A DNA stretch of 64,000 nt from an uncultured cyanobacterium (GCA_963740315.1 CAVUDP010000002.1:1600001-1664000); one strand, 5' to 3'. Shown: positions 1 through 11,151, counted from the first letter of the stretch. Notes: generated by a model from the sequence alone, not told the origin. Made by a program: numbers and translations.

Positions 1-1
1 C

Positions 2-616
2 TTCCGAGAATTCCCCGAACAAAAAGGTAAAAATTTTCTTAATAAACCCGTAGGACAAGTTTGGCAAGGATTCGTATTTGATAAAGTAAATGCAGTATTC
101 GCACGCAGCGCCTTCGAGAAACTAGAGTTTGCAAGCAGCGATACAGGCGTAACAAGAAGCGGTAACTTTAAAAACCGACAAGGTAAAATCTTCATTGCCC
201 AACTCAGCCAAGGGCAAGAAATGCAAGTCAACTTAACGGCTTCTCCCAAAGTATTATTTTCCATATATTCACCCTCCGGAAAAAGAGCATTGCTAGAAGA
301 CTCCACAAGACGCTCGTGGACGGGTACTTTGAGGGAAAACGGATATTACGAATTCGTCATCGTCTCCACATCATCCGAATCCCAAGATTATCGGCTACGC
401 TTACAAGTAGAAAACCCCCCACCACCAACCCCAACCCCAACACGAACGCCAACACGAACGCCAACACGAACGCCAACACGAACACCCACACCAACACCCA
501 CACCAACACCTATACCAACACCAACGCCAACCCCCACACCAACACCAACACCAACACCAACGCCAACGCCAACCCCCACACCAACACCAACGCCAACTCA
601 GGAATCGCAACCGTAA
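2..616 (+). CDS. 5'-truncated CDS; C-terminal part of a probable Ser/Thr kinase-associated extracytoplasmic domain with a Pro-Thr-rich tail
   Basis: The frame is open from base 2 ([21 protein letters not shown]...) into the ORF-track protein and ends in a (PT)n/(PTRT)n tail. The kinase assignment is from recollection of similar cyanobacterial proteins only. Confidence 0.6.
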   Translation, partial: FREFPEQKGKNFLNKPVGQVWQGFVFDKVNAVFARSAFEKLEFASSDTGVTRSGNFKNRQGKIFIAQLSQGQEMQVNLTASPKVLFSIYSPSGKRALLEDSTRRSWTGTLRENGYYEFVIVSTSSESQDYRLRLQVENPPPPTPTPTRTPTRTPTRTPTRTPTPTPTPTPIPTPTPTPTPTPTPTPTPTPTPTPTPTPTQESQP

Positions 617-619
617 TTG

Positions 620-957
620 GAGGAGATGGGGAGATGGGGAGATGGTAAGCCACTGCGCCCTCGCGGGTTCCCCGACTTGTAGCAAGTGGCGCAACCCGTT
701 CACGCGGAGCGTGCGGCTCAGGGGGAGATGGGGAGATGGGGAGATGGGGAGATGGGGAGATGGGGAGTACTTCGACAAGTCTTACAGTGAGCTACGTCGA
801 ACTGCTCAGTAACCTTTGGGGAGATGGGGAGATGGGGAGATAGGAGTTAGGAATTATAAATTCACAATCAACCGTATCTCTGGGTGATAACTGCTAACTG
901 CTAACTGCTCACTGCTAACTGCTAACTGATTACTGGTCACTGGTCACTGATTACTGT
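620..957 (+). repeat. STRR tracts, (GGGGAGAT)n then (TAACTGC/TCACTGG)n, with embedded small dispersed repeats
   Basis: Tandem 8-mers at 620-645, 721-766 and 817-841; 7-mers at 888-957. Confidence 0.95.
646..717 (+). mobile_element. 72-bp composite small dispersed repeat inserted in an STRR tract
   Basis: Exact reverse-complement copy at 28779-28850. Confidence 0.85.
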
Positions 958-991
958 TAAAATAATAGGCTTGTTATTGAGGGGGAAGAAA

Positions 992-1423
992 TTGGCAAAT
1001 CAATCATACTTAGAAAAAGACACTCCTTTGGTTCCGGTGGGCAGCCACTGTATCTTGGAACTATATGAATGTCCCAAGGATTTGCTTAACGATGCTGATT
1101 TTATAAAAAAAGCCTTGGAAGAAGGAGTCAAAGAGGCTGACTCAACTTTGCTCAGGGAACTGACGCATCAGTTTGAACCTTACGGAGTAACGGCTTTGGC
1201 ATTGTTAGCAGAATCTCACGTTTCAGTTCATACTTGGCCCGAAATTGGTTATGTTGCGGTAGATATGTTTACTTGCGGCGAACACGCACAACCAGAAAAA
1301 GCCTGCAAGTATTTGGTAAAAGCTTTTCAAGCTAAAAATCACGTACTCTTGAAAATTCCTAGAGGTAGACTGACACCGCAGCTTAAAAAACTTGAAGAAA
1401 GTTTAACCGCTGGTGCCTCTTAA
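992..1423 (+). CDS. speD: S-adenosylmethionine decarboxylase proenzyme
   Basis: GSHCILELY, FEPYGVT, LAESHVSVHTWPE self-cleavage motif and DMFTCG; TTG start after GAGGGG. Confidence 0.95.
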   Translation: MANQSYLEKDTPLVPVGSHCILELYECPKDLLNDADFIKKALEEGVKEADSTLLRELTHQFEPYGVTALALLAESHVSVHTWPEIGYVAVDMFTCGEHAQPEKACKYLVKAFQAKNHVLLKIPRGRLTPQLKKLEESLTAGAS

Positions 1424-1429
1424 GGAGTG

Positions 1430-1605
1430 ATGGGGAGAGGGGGAGAGGGGGAGATGGGGAGAGGGGGAGATGGGGAGATGGGGAGAGGGGGAGGCTCTTG
1501 AGGCTCTTGAGGCAGGGGATATTAAAGAATTTGAAATTGCTTCCTCCGCTCCCTTCCCTTCTAACTCTTAACTCCTAACTCCCCATGCCCCATGCCCAAT
1601 GCCCC
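1430..1605. repeat. STRR tracts between convergent genes
   Basis: (GGGGAGAK)n after the speD stop; (TAACTCC)n and (CCCCATG)n before the stop of the minus-strand gene. Confidence 0.9.
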
Positions 1606-1620
1606 AAGTTTTATCTTTTT

Positions 1621-3117
1621 CTAAAATTCATAAGCACCTGCATCAACAGCATTTTGACGTTGTTTCCCATCTTTATCGAGTTGTGCGTAATCGCCAATTG
1701 AGGAGGAACCAATATTTATTGCTGGTGAAGTCGATGTGAGATGGTAATCGTTACCTTCTATATTTACAAAATCAACTGCCAAAGCTAATTCGTTATCGAA
1801 AGCGTTAAGATTTCCGACATTCTCCCCTTCGTGATACAGAATTTCGGTTTTATCTGCATTTTCGTCGGTATTTGTAAATAAGTTATTGTCCAAAGTTACG
1901 TTATTTGCGTTTTCAATAGATACATTTCGGTAACTATTCTCAGAAAAGATATTGTTGCGAATCAAAATGTCACGAGGATTATAGCCGTTAAAACTGTTGT
2001 TATCGACAACAACACCTTGGACATTATTCGCAAAAGTATTATTGACAATTTCTACATTCCGAACATTGTTGGTGATGGCAACCCCTCTACCACCATTCTC
2101 TACACGTCTTCCATTTCCATAGATGACGTTGTTGTAGATATTAATGTCGGATACATCTCCCACATTCGGAACTTCATCTGCAATCCAAATTCCATCGGCA
2201 GTATTGGCAAAAATTTCGTTGTTGTAAATATCTAAGTTGAATGAATCAGCACGATTGCCGTCTACATAGATAGCAGCACCACCTCTAAAACCCTCGTAAG
2301 TTCCAGAAATCAGGGCTTGAGAGGTTATGGAATTATCGTGAATCAAACCGTTGCGAGAACCAACTTTGATATCCATACCTTCGCGTTTACCATCGATCAT
2401 CGTATTATTTGCAACCTCAAAACCATCGACACCCCAAATGCTCAATGCTTCTTGATCGCCGTCGGTATCTCCGGGCCCATCCCACTTCCAGTTAGCTCGT
2501 TCGATAGTATTATTAAGTATTTTGACATTGCTTCCAGTAATCTCATCTTCTCCACCTCCAAAAAAGGTTTTAGGCAAAACGATGATTCCAGAACTTCCAG
2601 TCTGATAAGTTTCGTTATTTTGAACGGTAATATTTTTCGCGTCACTCAGAGATATTCCAGCCCAAGATGTATTCTCTATGCGGAAGCCATCAATTACCCA
2701 ATTACTCTCACCTGGGGATTGAATCACCCCTTCTGGAAAACCGCCACTATTAGGATTAGGATCGCGCAATGTCACATCACCGTTAGCTTTGAGGGTAATT
2801 CTCCGATCATCGCTACCAGATTTACCGAGGCTAATTAACTCTGTATAAGTACCCGGCTGAACTAAAACAGTATCACCCACATCGATAGGAGATTCTTCAC
2901 TCACTGCGTAATTGATACTTCTCCAAGGTTGAGAGAGCGAACCGGGATTTTCATCGCTACCACTTGGAGAAACGTAATAAACATCGATATTGTCTTCTAC
3001 AGCAGGTAATCCCGTACTAACGTTTTGATTAGACGATTCTTCTAAAGGATTTATTGAAGCTGTTAAAGGATTTCCATCTTGAAGAGTATCGGGTTGAAAT
3101 TGTGATTCAGTATCCAT
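1621..3117 (-). CDS. Right-handed parallel beta-helix (pectin-lyase-fold) protein with DUF1565-like N-terminus
   Basis: YYVSPSGSDENPGSLSQPW, GDTVLVQPGTY, repeated I-x-NN strands and the C-terminal DYHLTSTSPAINIG...DAGAYE motif. Confidence 0.85.
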   Translation of the reverse strand: MDTESQFQPDTLQDGNPLTASINPLEESSNQNVSTGLPAVEDNIDVYYVSPSGSDENPGSLSQPWRSINYAVSEESPIDVGDTVLVQPGTYTELISLGKSGSDDRRITLKANGDVTLRDPNPNSGGFPEGVIQSPGESNWVIDGFRIENTSWAGISLSDAKNITVQNNETYQTGSSGIIVLPKTFFGGGEDEITGSNVKILNNTIERANWKWDGPGDTDGDQEALSIWGVDGFEVANNTMIDGKREGMDIKVGSRNGLIHDNSITSQALISGTYEGFRGGAAIYVDGNRADSFNLDIYNNEIFANTADGIWIADEVPNVGDVSDINIYNNVIYGNGRRVENGGRGVAITNNVRNVEIVNNTFANNVQGVVVDNNSFNGYNPRDILIRNNIFSENSYRNVSIENANNVTLDNNLFTNTDENADKTEILYHEGENVGNLNAFDNELALAVDFVNIEGNDYHLTSTSPAINIGSSSIGDYAQLDKDGKQRQNAVDAGAYEF

Positions 3118-3584
3118 GTTTTTCCTTTTTAAGCCGATTGTTATTTATCAAGTAGACGCGCAATATTAAACCGACTCAAAATTAGCTTGGTCGATCGCTA
3201 ATGCGTCAAAAATTATTACACCAGGTTACACAAATCTATACTTGGATTTTGTAAATCATGTAGAGTATTGAAAAGGTTATATATGAGATGTGTCCCAGAT
3301 AATAGCCGATCGAATTCATGAAAAAATCACTTGAATTGGTTGTAAGGGTTACTACCTTTACCGCGATCGCAAGGGAAATATTGCATAACTTAGTATTCTC
3401 AAATCAAGATTACTAAATTGTTTTTATCGCTTTTGAGTTTATTTTTCCTTCGTATATAAATATCTCAGGCTTCGATTATTAACCAATCTATCAAAAGTAA
3501 TAGTTAGTCTAATTTCTATTACTTTAGATAGACTATATTTCTTGAAGTGTATATAGAAATAAAACTTTATTCTTTTTAAGTAGA

Positions 3585-4202
3585 TTAATCAAAATCCGTC
3601 GGTAAATCTGGATTGCGATCGTATTCAAATAATCGAGTAATTTGCTTGGGAGTTACCCGTTTTAAAGATAATTGAGGAATATTATCTTCCGCAAAAAACT
3701 TCACTTCTTCAGTTTCAATGCTCGGTGTTGGAGAACCACCAATAATTTCGCATTGAAAAAACAATTTATAGATGCCGTGAGGATGGGGTGGATGTCCGTG
3801 CTTATTGATATCGAAAACAGCCAATAATTTAATAGCTTGGGTTATTAAACCCGATTCTTCAAAAATTTCTCGAACGACATTTTCTCCTGGAGAATCCCCA
3901 ACTTCAGTCCATCCACCGGGTAAAGCCCAGCAACTGTCGGAACGTTCTTTGACAAATAATAATTTTTTATCTTGAAAAACCGCACCACGTACATCAACTT
4001 TAGGTGTAGGATATCCGATTTCTTTTACCAATAAATCTAATATTTCGCTTTGTTCGATTTGAGAATGAGTAGAAATAATATCGACAGCAATATCACGTAA
4101 TAGTTTATAGTCTTCGATTTGATAGGGATTTTCGCAATAATACAAACCTTTTTGAGCGATCGCTTGAATTTTCTGCGCCCAATAAAGCCACTTAGGTTGC
4201 AT
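3585..4202 (-). CDS. NUDIX hydrolase (YjhB/ADP-ribose pyrophosphatase-like)
   Basis: Nudix box PGGWTEVGDSPGENVVREIFEESG and N-terminal GYPTPKVDVRGAVF. Confidence 0.92.
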   Translation of the reverse strand: MQPKWLYWAQKIQAIAQKGLYYCENPYQIEDYKLLRDIAVDIISTHSQIEQSEILDLLVKEIGYPTPKVDVRGAVFQDKKLLFVKERSDSCWALPGGWTEVGDSPGENVVREIFEESGLITQAIKLLAVFDINKHGHPPHPHGIYKLFFQCEIIGGSPTPSIETEEVKFFAEDNIPQLSLKRVTPKQITRLFEYDRNPDLPTDFD

Positions 4203-4233
4203 TGGTTTTTGCTAATTTTTGTAATTTTTGATT

Positions 4234-4410
4234 CGTTCGTAGTAAGGGCTTTAGCCCTTGTTTTGACTAACTTCCCAATGCAGTATCTCCTGGGTTTCAC
4301 GATTTTCAAGGGTTTGCGCCTATTTCAATCGGTATGCTTTGACTGGGAAGAAACTAGGACTAAAGTCCTTACTACGAACTTAAGGTAGGACTAAAGTCCT
4401 TTCTACGAAC
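4234..4410. repeat. REP-like inverted pair (GTTCGTAGTAAG-palindrome ... CTTACTACGAAC)
   Basis: Left arm at about 4234-4259, two right arms at 4357-4410; same family at 38048, 38163-38450, 43500-43523 and 54883-54932. Confidence 0.8.
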
Positions 4411-4475
4411 TTTAAGTTGTGTGTTAATTGTTAATTAGCAACTAACAACTAACAACTAACCACTAACTCCCCTTC

Positions 4476-5681
4476 TTAAGCATCATTCAACGCTGCAATA
4501 CCAGGTAAAGTCTTACCTTCGAGTAATTCCAAGCTAGCGCCGCCACCTGTAGAAATATGGCTCATTTGGTCGGCTAAACCAACTTTTTCCACTGCTGCAA
4601 CGGAGTCACCACCACCGATAATGGTAGTTGCACCATGCTTGCCCAGATTTGCTAAAGCACGAGCGATCGCTTCGGTACCGACGGCGAATTTATCAAATTC
4701 AAACACGCCCATAGGACCGTTCCAAATGACTGATTTACAGTCTGCAAGGGCTTCTTGGAACTTTTTAATTGATACGGGACCAATATCTAAACCCATCCAA
4801 CCATCGGGAATATTGTCGATGTTGACGGTTTGAGAATTAGCATCGGCGGCAAAGTTATCTGCTACAACTACATCTGTAGGTAATATTAAATCTACGCCTT
4901 TTTCTTTGGCTTTAGCTTCCAAAGTTTTGGCTAATTCTAATTTGTCTTCTTCTACTAAAGACTTACCAACATTCAAACCACGGGCTTTGTAGAATGTGAA
5001 AATCATTCCACCGCCGATGAGTAGTTTGTCGCACTTGTCGAGTAAAGTTTCAATAACGCCAATTTTACTAGAAACCTTGGAACCGCCAATAATCGCCGCT
5101 AACGGACGTTGAGGATTTTCGATCGCATTTTGTAAATACTGCAACTCTTTCTCAATTAAATATCCAGCGATAGAAGGGGTGAGATAGTGAGTTACGCCTT
5201 CAGTAGAAGCATGGGCGCGGTGTGCGGTACCAAATGCATCATTTACGTACAAATCGGCATTTGACGCTAATTGCTTCGCAAATTCAGCATCGTTTTTCTC
5301 TTCTTCACCATGAAAACGGACGTTTTCTAATAAAACTACGTCTCCATTTTTCATTCCCCCGACTTTGTTTGTTACCTCATCCCCAATACAGTCATCGCAT
5401 TTGACAACTTCTTTGCCTAACAACTCAGAAAGCCTTTTAGCAACTGGGGTTAAGCGTAATTTATCTTTAACTTCACCCTTTGGTCGTCCAAAGTGACTGG
5501 CTAGAATTACTTTAGCTTCTTTGCTAATCAAATCTTGAATTGTAGGTAAAGCTGCTCGGATGCGCGTATCATCCGTAATATTGCCCGCATCGTCTAGAGG
5601 AACGTTGAAATCGGCTCGCACCAAAGCGCGTTTACCTTGCAAGTCGCTTTTAGATAAATTTGCTAAAGATTTTTTGGACAT
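4476..5681 (-). CDS. pgk: Phosphoglycerate kinase
   Basis: [34 protein letters not shown] and [15 protein letters not shown]. Confidence 0.99.
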   Translation of the reverse strand: MSKKSLANLSKSDLQGKRALVRADFNVPLDDAGNITDDTRIRAALPTIQDLISKEAKVILASHFGRPKGEVKDKLRLTPVAKRLSELLGKEVVKCDDCIGDEVTNKVGGMKNGDVVLLENVRFHGEEEKNDAEFAKQLASNADLYVNDAFGTAHRAHASTEGVTHYLTPSIAGYLIEKELQYLQNAIENPQRPLAAIIGGSKVSSKIGVIETLLDKCDKLLIGGGMIFTFYKARGLNVGKSLVEEDKLELAKTLEAKAKEKGVDLILPTDVVVADNFAADANSQTVNIDNIPDGWMGLDIGPVSIKKFQEALADCKSVIWNGPMGVFEFDKFAVGTEAIARALANLGKHGATTIIGGGDSVAAVEKVGLADQMSHISTGGGASLELLEGKTLPGIAALNDA

Positions 5682-5770
5682 AATTTAACTCTCCCGATCG
5701 CCTTTTTGTTATTGTGATTGAAAATAGAACTATCAAGATTTTACAGAGTTTCGGGGTCACAGGGAATCCG

Positions 5771-6181
5771 ATGTTCAAAACAATTCTTTTTTCAGTAGAT
5801 CAAAGTCGAGAAGCACGGGAAGCAGCAGAGTTTGTTGCTCAGTTAGTACAAACGCACCAAAGCGATCTGATTTTACTGAGTGTGGTAGAAGAAGCTACCC
5901 CCTCAGAATCATCCAGCGATGATGTAATGAAGTCACCAAAAAAAGTCGAACAGTTGCTAAAAGATGCTCGATCTTTCTTTTCCAGCCAGGGAATAGAAGC
6001 AGAAATTCTAGAAAAAACAGGTCAACCCGCTTTCGTAATTTGCGATGTTGCCGATGAAATTAAAGCCAATTTAATCGTTATGGGCTGTCGCGGATTGGGA
6101 TTAACTGATGAAGGTACCCACGATAGCGTTACCAATCGCGTGATTAATCTTTCTCCTTGCCCGGTGTTAATTGTGCCTTAA
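5771..6181 (+). CDS. Universal stress protein
   Basis: MFKTILFSVD...IVMGCRGLG...SVTNRVINLSPCPVLIVP. Confidence 0.93.
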   Translation: MFKTILFSVDQSREAREAAEFVAQLVQTHQSDLILLSVVEEATPSESSSDDVMKSPKKVEQLLKDARSFFSSQGIEAEILEKTGQPAFVICDVADEIKANLIVMGCRGLGLTDEGTHDSVTNRVINLSPCPVLIVP

Positions 6182-6338
6182 ACAAGTTAGGAGTTAGGAC
6201 CACCGGAGTTAGGAGTTTGAAGTTATAGAATGGTTTTTTTAACATTTTATATTTTTTAGCTTAATTACTTAATTGATAAAACCGCATTTGGTATCTTTTA
6301 TTGATTTGCGCCCCTAACACTTAAAAATATAATTAGAC

Positions 6339-6842
6339 TCAGTTAATATCAAATACTGTCTGTACGGTAGTTGAATGACTGGGTTTTGTTATATCGTAAG
6401 TTGCTTTTTGCGTTCCTAAAGTGTTAACTTTGAGTGTTCTATTTGAAAACTTGAAATTTAAAAAAGGAATATTTGGATTGTTTCGTACTCTTCCACAAAC
6501 TGTAATTTGAACTTGGTTCCCCTTACCTTTTGGCTTAAAATATTCCAAATCAACCCTTGAAACAGATTTTTGAAACGAATCAAATACAAAGTAAGTAAAG
6601 CCTCCGCCGCCAACGCTATAAGCAGTAGCTGTATACTTTTCGTCTTGGGTTTGTGAATTTTTATCAATCGGAATCTGTCCGAGTAAAGTTGCTCCAGCCC
6701 CAATTTGAATAAAAGTACAAGCTTTTGTTACTTGAGCCGACGCGATTGGAGCATCAACTGCACTTGTTAAAAAGCTGATACCAATAGCTATTGTTAAAAC
6801 AGAAAACTTCGCGATCGAAGTTGGGCGATTAATTAAATTCAT
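6339..6842 (-). CDS. Hypothetical secreted protein
   Basis: 167-aa ORF with a signal-peptide-like N-terminus ending ASA-Q. Confidence 0.7.
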   Translation of the reverse strand: MNLINRPTSIAKFSVLTIAIGISFLTSAVDAPIASAQVTKACTFIQIGAGATLLGQIPIDKNSQTQDEKYTATAYSVGGGGFTYFVFDSFQKSVSRVDLEYFKPKGKGNQVQITVCGRVRNNPNIPFLNFKFSNRTLKVNTLGTQKATYDITKPSHSTTVQTVFDIN

Positions 6843-6881
6843 AAATAACTACTCGCAATTAAATAGATCCCGCCAAAAGTT

Positions 6882-7292
6882 CTATACTGTTTTATCTCCA
6901 GTATTTTCATAGAAAGATTTTTCTGCTTTGGAATAATTATTTGATTGTGATGAACCATTTTCCAGAATTGATGTTTGGATGGTTCGCAGTAACAAGTAGT
7001 TTAAAACTGTCCGAATGACGATAATTGCAGCTAATCGCCCGATATCTTCCCAGTTGGGAGTTATGGTAGTTCTGAGAATTGAACCACCAATCAAAAAGTT
7101 CAATCCCAAGGAAAACGAATAACCCATTTGCAAGCGGCTTTCCTGAAAGGTTTTAGCTGAACTTGACAAAGATAAAGCATTCCGCAAAAAGATAATTAAA
7201 CCTTTAATAAGACCTATGGAAATTACAAACAGGGCTAATAGTTGACAAATGTGTATTGCTGTGGTGCTAAGATTTTTGATTAAGATTTCCAT
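6882..7292 (-). CDS. DUF1622-type membrane protein
   Basis: RLQMGYSFSLGLNFLIGGSILRT...PNWEDIGRLAAIIVIRTVLNYLL. Confidence 0.85.
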   Translation of the reverse strand: MEILIKNLSTTAIHICQLLALFVISIGLIKGLIIFLRNALSLSSSAKTFQESRLQMGYSFSLGLNFLIGGSILRTTITPNWEDIGRLAAIIVIRTVLNYLLLRTIQTSILENGSSQSNNYSKAEKSFYENTGDKTV

Positions 7293-7654
7293 TCGAGTTT
7301 ATTAATTAGTAATTTGTGAAAGAGTAAGGGGCGATCGATGCTTGGTTATCTTGCCGATCTATAATCTAAAGTTGCACTTGGGATATTTTACGTACATCAA
7401 ATGCAGATCAAATATTACAGATACAAATATTAATTTGGTTTTTTAGTTCCTAGTATGCTTAGGTTTCGGTAAAAATCTTTAAAATACTCACACACCAGCC
7501 TATTAATATTATCCTTTTTCCTACTTTCTATTCCCACTTGAATAATTATTTAATTAGCACCTTCCTTGTACGGAAGAACCATTTATTTGAAGATGAGACT
7601 TCCTAAGTAAGGCAGTTTAAACAAGGTATTAAACCTATTGGGAGCAAAGAAATT

Positions 7655-8842
7655 TTATAGCTTTTCAAATAATTCTGCTAACACTACATTAGAGAATAAA
7701 AACCCATCGGGATCGTGCAATTGCAACCTTCCATCTACGACTTGTACCCAACCTTTGTCAAAATAAGGTTGCAATACCTGTAATACTTTCTCAATTTTAT
7801 TTTCACCGAACTGTTTTGTTAATATTTGCAAATTTACTCCCTCTGCCAAACGCAACCCTAACATTAAGGTTTCTAACAAAACTTCATGGGGCGCTGTGAT
7901 TTCGCAATCAATTATACTTCCACCATTTACCCAAGCATAATATTCTTTGGTTTTGCGCGGACGGGTAAAGCGTTTTCCCATAACATAGCTCGCCGCGCCC
8001 ATTCCAAAGCCGTAATAAGAACGGTTTTCCCAATAAACTCGATTGTGACGACATTGATATCCGGGTTTAGCATAATTGGAAATTTCATAATGCTCATAAC
8101 CTGCCGTCTTTAAAATGTCCTGTGCCATACGGTACATTTTTACCGTGGTTTCATCTGTAGGTAAAGGACGATCCCCAGGTTTGTAATAACGCCCGAAAGC
8201 CGTACCAGGTTCGATTGTTAGGTCATATATAGATATGTGCATCGGTGCAATTTTAATTGCTTGCTGTAAAGATTCTTGCCATATGTCTAAGGTTTGATGC
8301 GGTAAACCACTTATTAGGTCTATGCTAAAGTTAGCAAAATCCGCTTGGTAAATTAAATCAACAGCAGCAAAAATGTCTGAAACCGAGTGAAAGCGCCCTG
8401 CATATTGCAATAATTTTTCTTGAAAAGCTTGTACTCCTAAACTGATCCGATTTACACCAGCACTGGCATATCCTTGCAAATGTTTTTCGTCAAAGGTACC
8501 TGGATCGATTTCCATAGAAATTTCTGCCAGACTGTCAATACCAAATTTCCCATCTAGGACTGACAATATTTTATGTAATTGTTGAGTAGAAAGTAATGAA
8601 GGAGTACCACCACCGAAAAATATTGTTTGTAAAGGTTTAGTATCGGTTGGAGTCGTAGAAATCTCTTGACATAAAACTTCAACATATTGAGAAATTGCTC
8701 TAGATGTTTCACCCCTCATGGTGTTTCCTACCACATATATGGGAAAATCACAGTAAAAGCAGCGTCGCCTGCAAAAAGGAATGTGTATGTAGGCAGCACT
8801 CGGAGTTCCTGAAGTCATTAAATTAATAGGTTTATCGGACAT
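7655..8842 (-). CDS. hemW: Radical SAM heme chaperone HemW (HemN-like)
   Basis: YIHIPFCRRRCFYCDF, FFGGGTPS, YEISNYA and HNRVYW. Confidence 0.93.
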   Translation of the reverse strand: MSDKPINLMTSGTPSAAYIHIPFCRRRCFYCDFPIYVVGNTMRGETSRAISQYVEVLCQEISTTPTDTKPLQTIFFGGGTPSLLSTQQLHKILSVLDGKFGIDSLAEISMEIDPGTFDEKHLQGYASAGVNRISLGVQAFQEKLLQYAGRFHSVSDIFAAVDLIYQADFANFSIDLISGLPHQTLDIWQESLQQAIKIAPMHISIYDLTIEPGTAFGRYYKPGDRPLPTDETTVKMYRMAQDILKTAGYEHYEISNYAKPGYQCRHNRVYWENRSYYGFGMGAASYVMGKRFTRPRKTKEYYAWVNGGSIIDCEITAPHEVLLETLMLGLRLAEGVNLQILTKQFGENKIEKVLQVLQPYFDKGWVQVVDGRLQLHDPDGFLFSNVVLAELFEKL

Positions 8843-9106
8843 TATGAGAAATAATTAAAGTTACATTACTAATAATTACAAATGAATTAGGAATAGTAAA
8901 AATTAATGAGAAATCTACATTTTTGTATGGTTTTATCACAAATTTAGGATAAAAAAAAAGCTGGAAATATTTAGTTATAATGATCGAATAGTGCTTTATC
9001 TTAAGCTTGTAGAATAACTGCAAATATTTTTAAGATTTTTAACCCGATTACATACAAAGTTACTTGATGACCTTCAGGTAATGCAGTTGCAGGAAAATAC
9101 ACAATC

Positions 9107-10183
9107 ATGTTTGACGCAATTATAATTTTCTCATTCGTCTTAGCAGCAACCGGAATAGGTTACTACAGCATTAATTTACTACCCCAAGGTACGCTAGAGG
9201 GTGTAAGTAACCTAGAAGCTTTACGCTTCGTAGTTGCAGCTTTTGCAGCCATTATCGGCGGCGCTGTTGGGCTTCGAGTTCAAACTGGATATCGCCGTTT
9301 TGAAGCTCAAGTTCGAGAATTACCACTCGAAGTTATTTTGACACGTTCAATTGGTTTAGTGATTGGACTGTTGGTAGCCAACTTAATGTTAGCGCCGCTA
9401 TTTTTGCTACCAATTCCTGCTGATTTCAGCTTTATCAAGCCATTAGTAGCTGTTATGGGTAGTATCACCCTGGCATATAGTGGCATGAATTTAGCCGATA
9501 CTCACGGACGCGGTTTGTTACGATTAATAAATCCCAATACGTTAGAAACAATGGTAGCGGAAGGGACTCTAAAGCCCGCTTATACCAAAGTTTTAGATAC
9601 TAGCTGCATTATTGATGGTCGCATTGAAACGCTGCTAGATACCGGCTTTTTGGAAGGACAAATTATCGTACCGCAATTTATTTTGCTGGAGTTACAGCAA
9701 GTAGCAGATGCTAGCAAAGATCAAAAGCGGGTGCGGGGAAGAAGAGGATTAGAGATTCTCAACCGGATTAAGAAATCTTATCCCGAACGTATTATAATTA
9801 ACTCCCTTGATTACGAGGAGATTGCTACGGTAGATGCAAAATTAGTCAGGTTTGCTCAAGAAATCAACGCGACTTTGTTAACTAACGACTACAACTTATC
9901 AAAAGTCGCTAGCGTACAGAAAGTACCCGTTTTGAATGTTAACGATTTGGTGAATGCGGTGCGCCCGAATTATTTACCAGGCGATAACATTGACTTGAAA
10001 ATACTTAAAGAAGGTAAAGAACCCAGTCAAGGGATCGGTTATTTAAACGACGGTACGATGGTAGTTGTTGAGGAAGGAAGTACTTTTGTAGGTGGTGAAT
10101 TACGAGTCGTAGTTACCAGTTCATTGCAGACTTCTGCTGGTAGAATGATTTTTGCTAAACCTCAAGCTTCTGCATTTGCATAA
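9107..10183 (+). CDS. Membrane PIN/TRAM domain protein (YacL family)
   Basis: N-terminal transmembrane helices, VLDTSCIIDGRI, TNDYNL and GYLNDGTMVVVE...LQTSAGRMIFA. Confidence 0.93.
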   Translation: MFDAIIIFSFVLAATGIGYYSINLLPQGTLEGVSNLEALRFVVAAFAAIIGGAVGLRVQTGYRRFEAQVRELPLEVILTRSIGLVIGLLVANLMLAPLFLLPIPADFSFIKPLVAVMGSITLAYSGMNLADTHGRGLLRLINPNTLETMVAEGTLKPAYTKVLDTSCIIDGRIETLLDTGFLEGQIIVPQFILLELQQVADASKDQKRVRGRRGLEILNRIKKSYPERIIINSLDYEEIATVDAKLVRFAQEINATLLTNDYNLSKVASVQKVPVLNVNDLVNAVRPNYLPGDNIDLKILKEGKEPSQGIGYLNDGTMVVVEEGSTFVGGELRVVVTSSLQTSAGRMIFAKPQASAFA

Positions 10184-10319
10184 ATGTTTGAAGCATATTT
10201 AAACAACTCCATAAATTCAGGCGATCGATGTAGTTTAACTGCATCGATTGTTTTTTGAGATATATGTACTAGCATTATTATACGCTTACACTTTTCGGCG
10301 AGTGATAATTGATAAATAA

Positions 10320-10502
10320 ATGGCACGTCCGTTACGACAGAAAAATTGCTCCCTATGCAGTCAACCTGCATTAATCTTATACAGAGTTAAATATCTTGAA
10401 GATAGCGATTGGGTTTTTGTATGTCCGCAATGTTGGGAAAAAATAAGTCAAAATAACCCCTTTTATGTTTATGGCGGAACTTGGAAAGCTAAGAAAAAGT
10501 AA
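10320..10502 (+). CDS. Small CxxC...CxxC putative zinc-binding protein
   Basis: CSLC and CPQC motifs, C-terminal YVYGGTWKAKKK. Confidence 0.75.
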   Translation: MARPLRQKNCSLCSQPALILYRVKYLEDSDWVFVCPQCWEKISQNNPFYVYGGTWKAKKK

Positions 10503-10632
10503 CATCTATCAGTTACCAGTTAGCAGTTACCAGTTACCAGTGAGGAGTTAGAAGTTAGTATTTTTCAACCTTTAACCTTTGATCTTTAACCTTTAACCTT
10601 TGACCTTTGACCTTAAAATATTATTTTTAATT

Positions 10633-11043
10633 ATGAATAATAACGAATTTGATATTCCTAAAAAAATCAAATCGCTTTCTCAAAATTTACTATGGATGAG
10701 CGAGTCAGATTATCCTTTTGATATTTTTACATGGTCTAATCAAGAATTACAAGAAGTCAACACCCAGAATATACTGCAAAAAACCAGCCACTCCCTTGAT
10801 GCTCCTGTAAAAGTAGTAGATATGGAAAAGTTTTTTCAACGAGCCACAGCCGAAAAAGACTGGTACGACGATGAAGAAAGGGAAACAGCCAAAAAATATC
10901 AAGCTCTTGTAGACACTTTAAAGCAAAACTTAGACAATATCCAAGTTTATAAAATAGGTGAAGTTGAAATTGATGTTTATATTGTCGGTCAACTAAAATC
11001 GGGAGATTGGGTTGGTTTGTCAACAAAAGCTGTAGAAACTTAA
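10633..11043 (+). CDS. nuiA: Nuclease A inhibitor family protein
   Basis: LLWMSESDYPF...VYKIGEVEIDVYIVG...GLSTKAVET; lies next to nucA. Confidence 0.92.
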   Translation: MNNNEFDIPKKIKSLSQNLLWMSESDYPFDIFTWSNQELQEVNTQNILQKTSHSLDAPVKVVDMEKFFQRATAEKDWYDDEERETAKKYQALVDTLKQNLDNIQVYKIGEVEIDVYIVGQLKSGDWVGLSTKAVET

Positions 11044-11151
11044 CTATTAGTTGTTAGTTGTTAATTGTTAGTAGCATGGTTTTGGTGAAAATGCCCAATG
11101 CCCATTCACCGGAGGTGGGAGGTAGCCCAATGCCCCATGCCTAATACCCAA

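Noticed and set aside
316..778. Alternative-frame and antisense ORFs (TN-, GV- and CW-rich)
   Set aside because: Shadows of the Pro-Thr codon repeat and the STRR.
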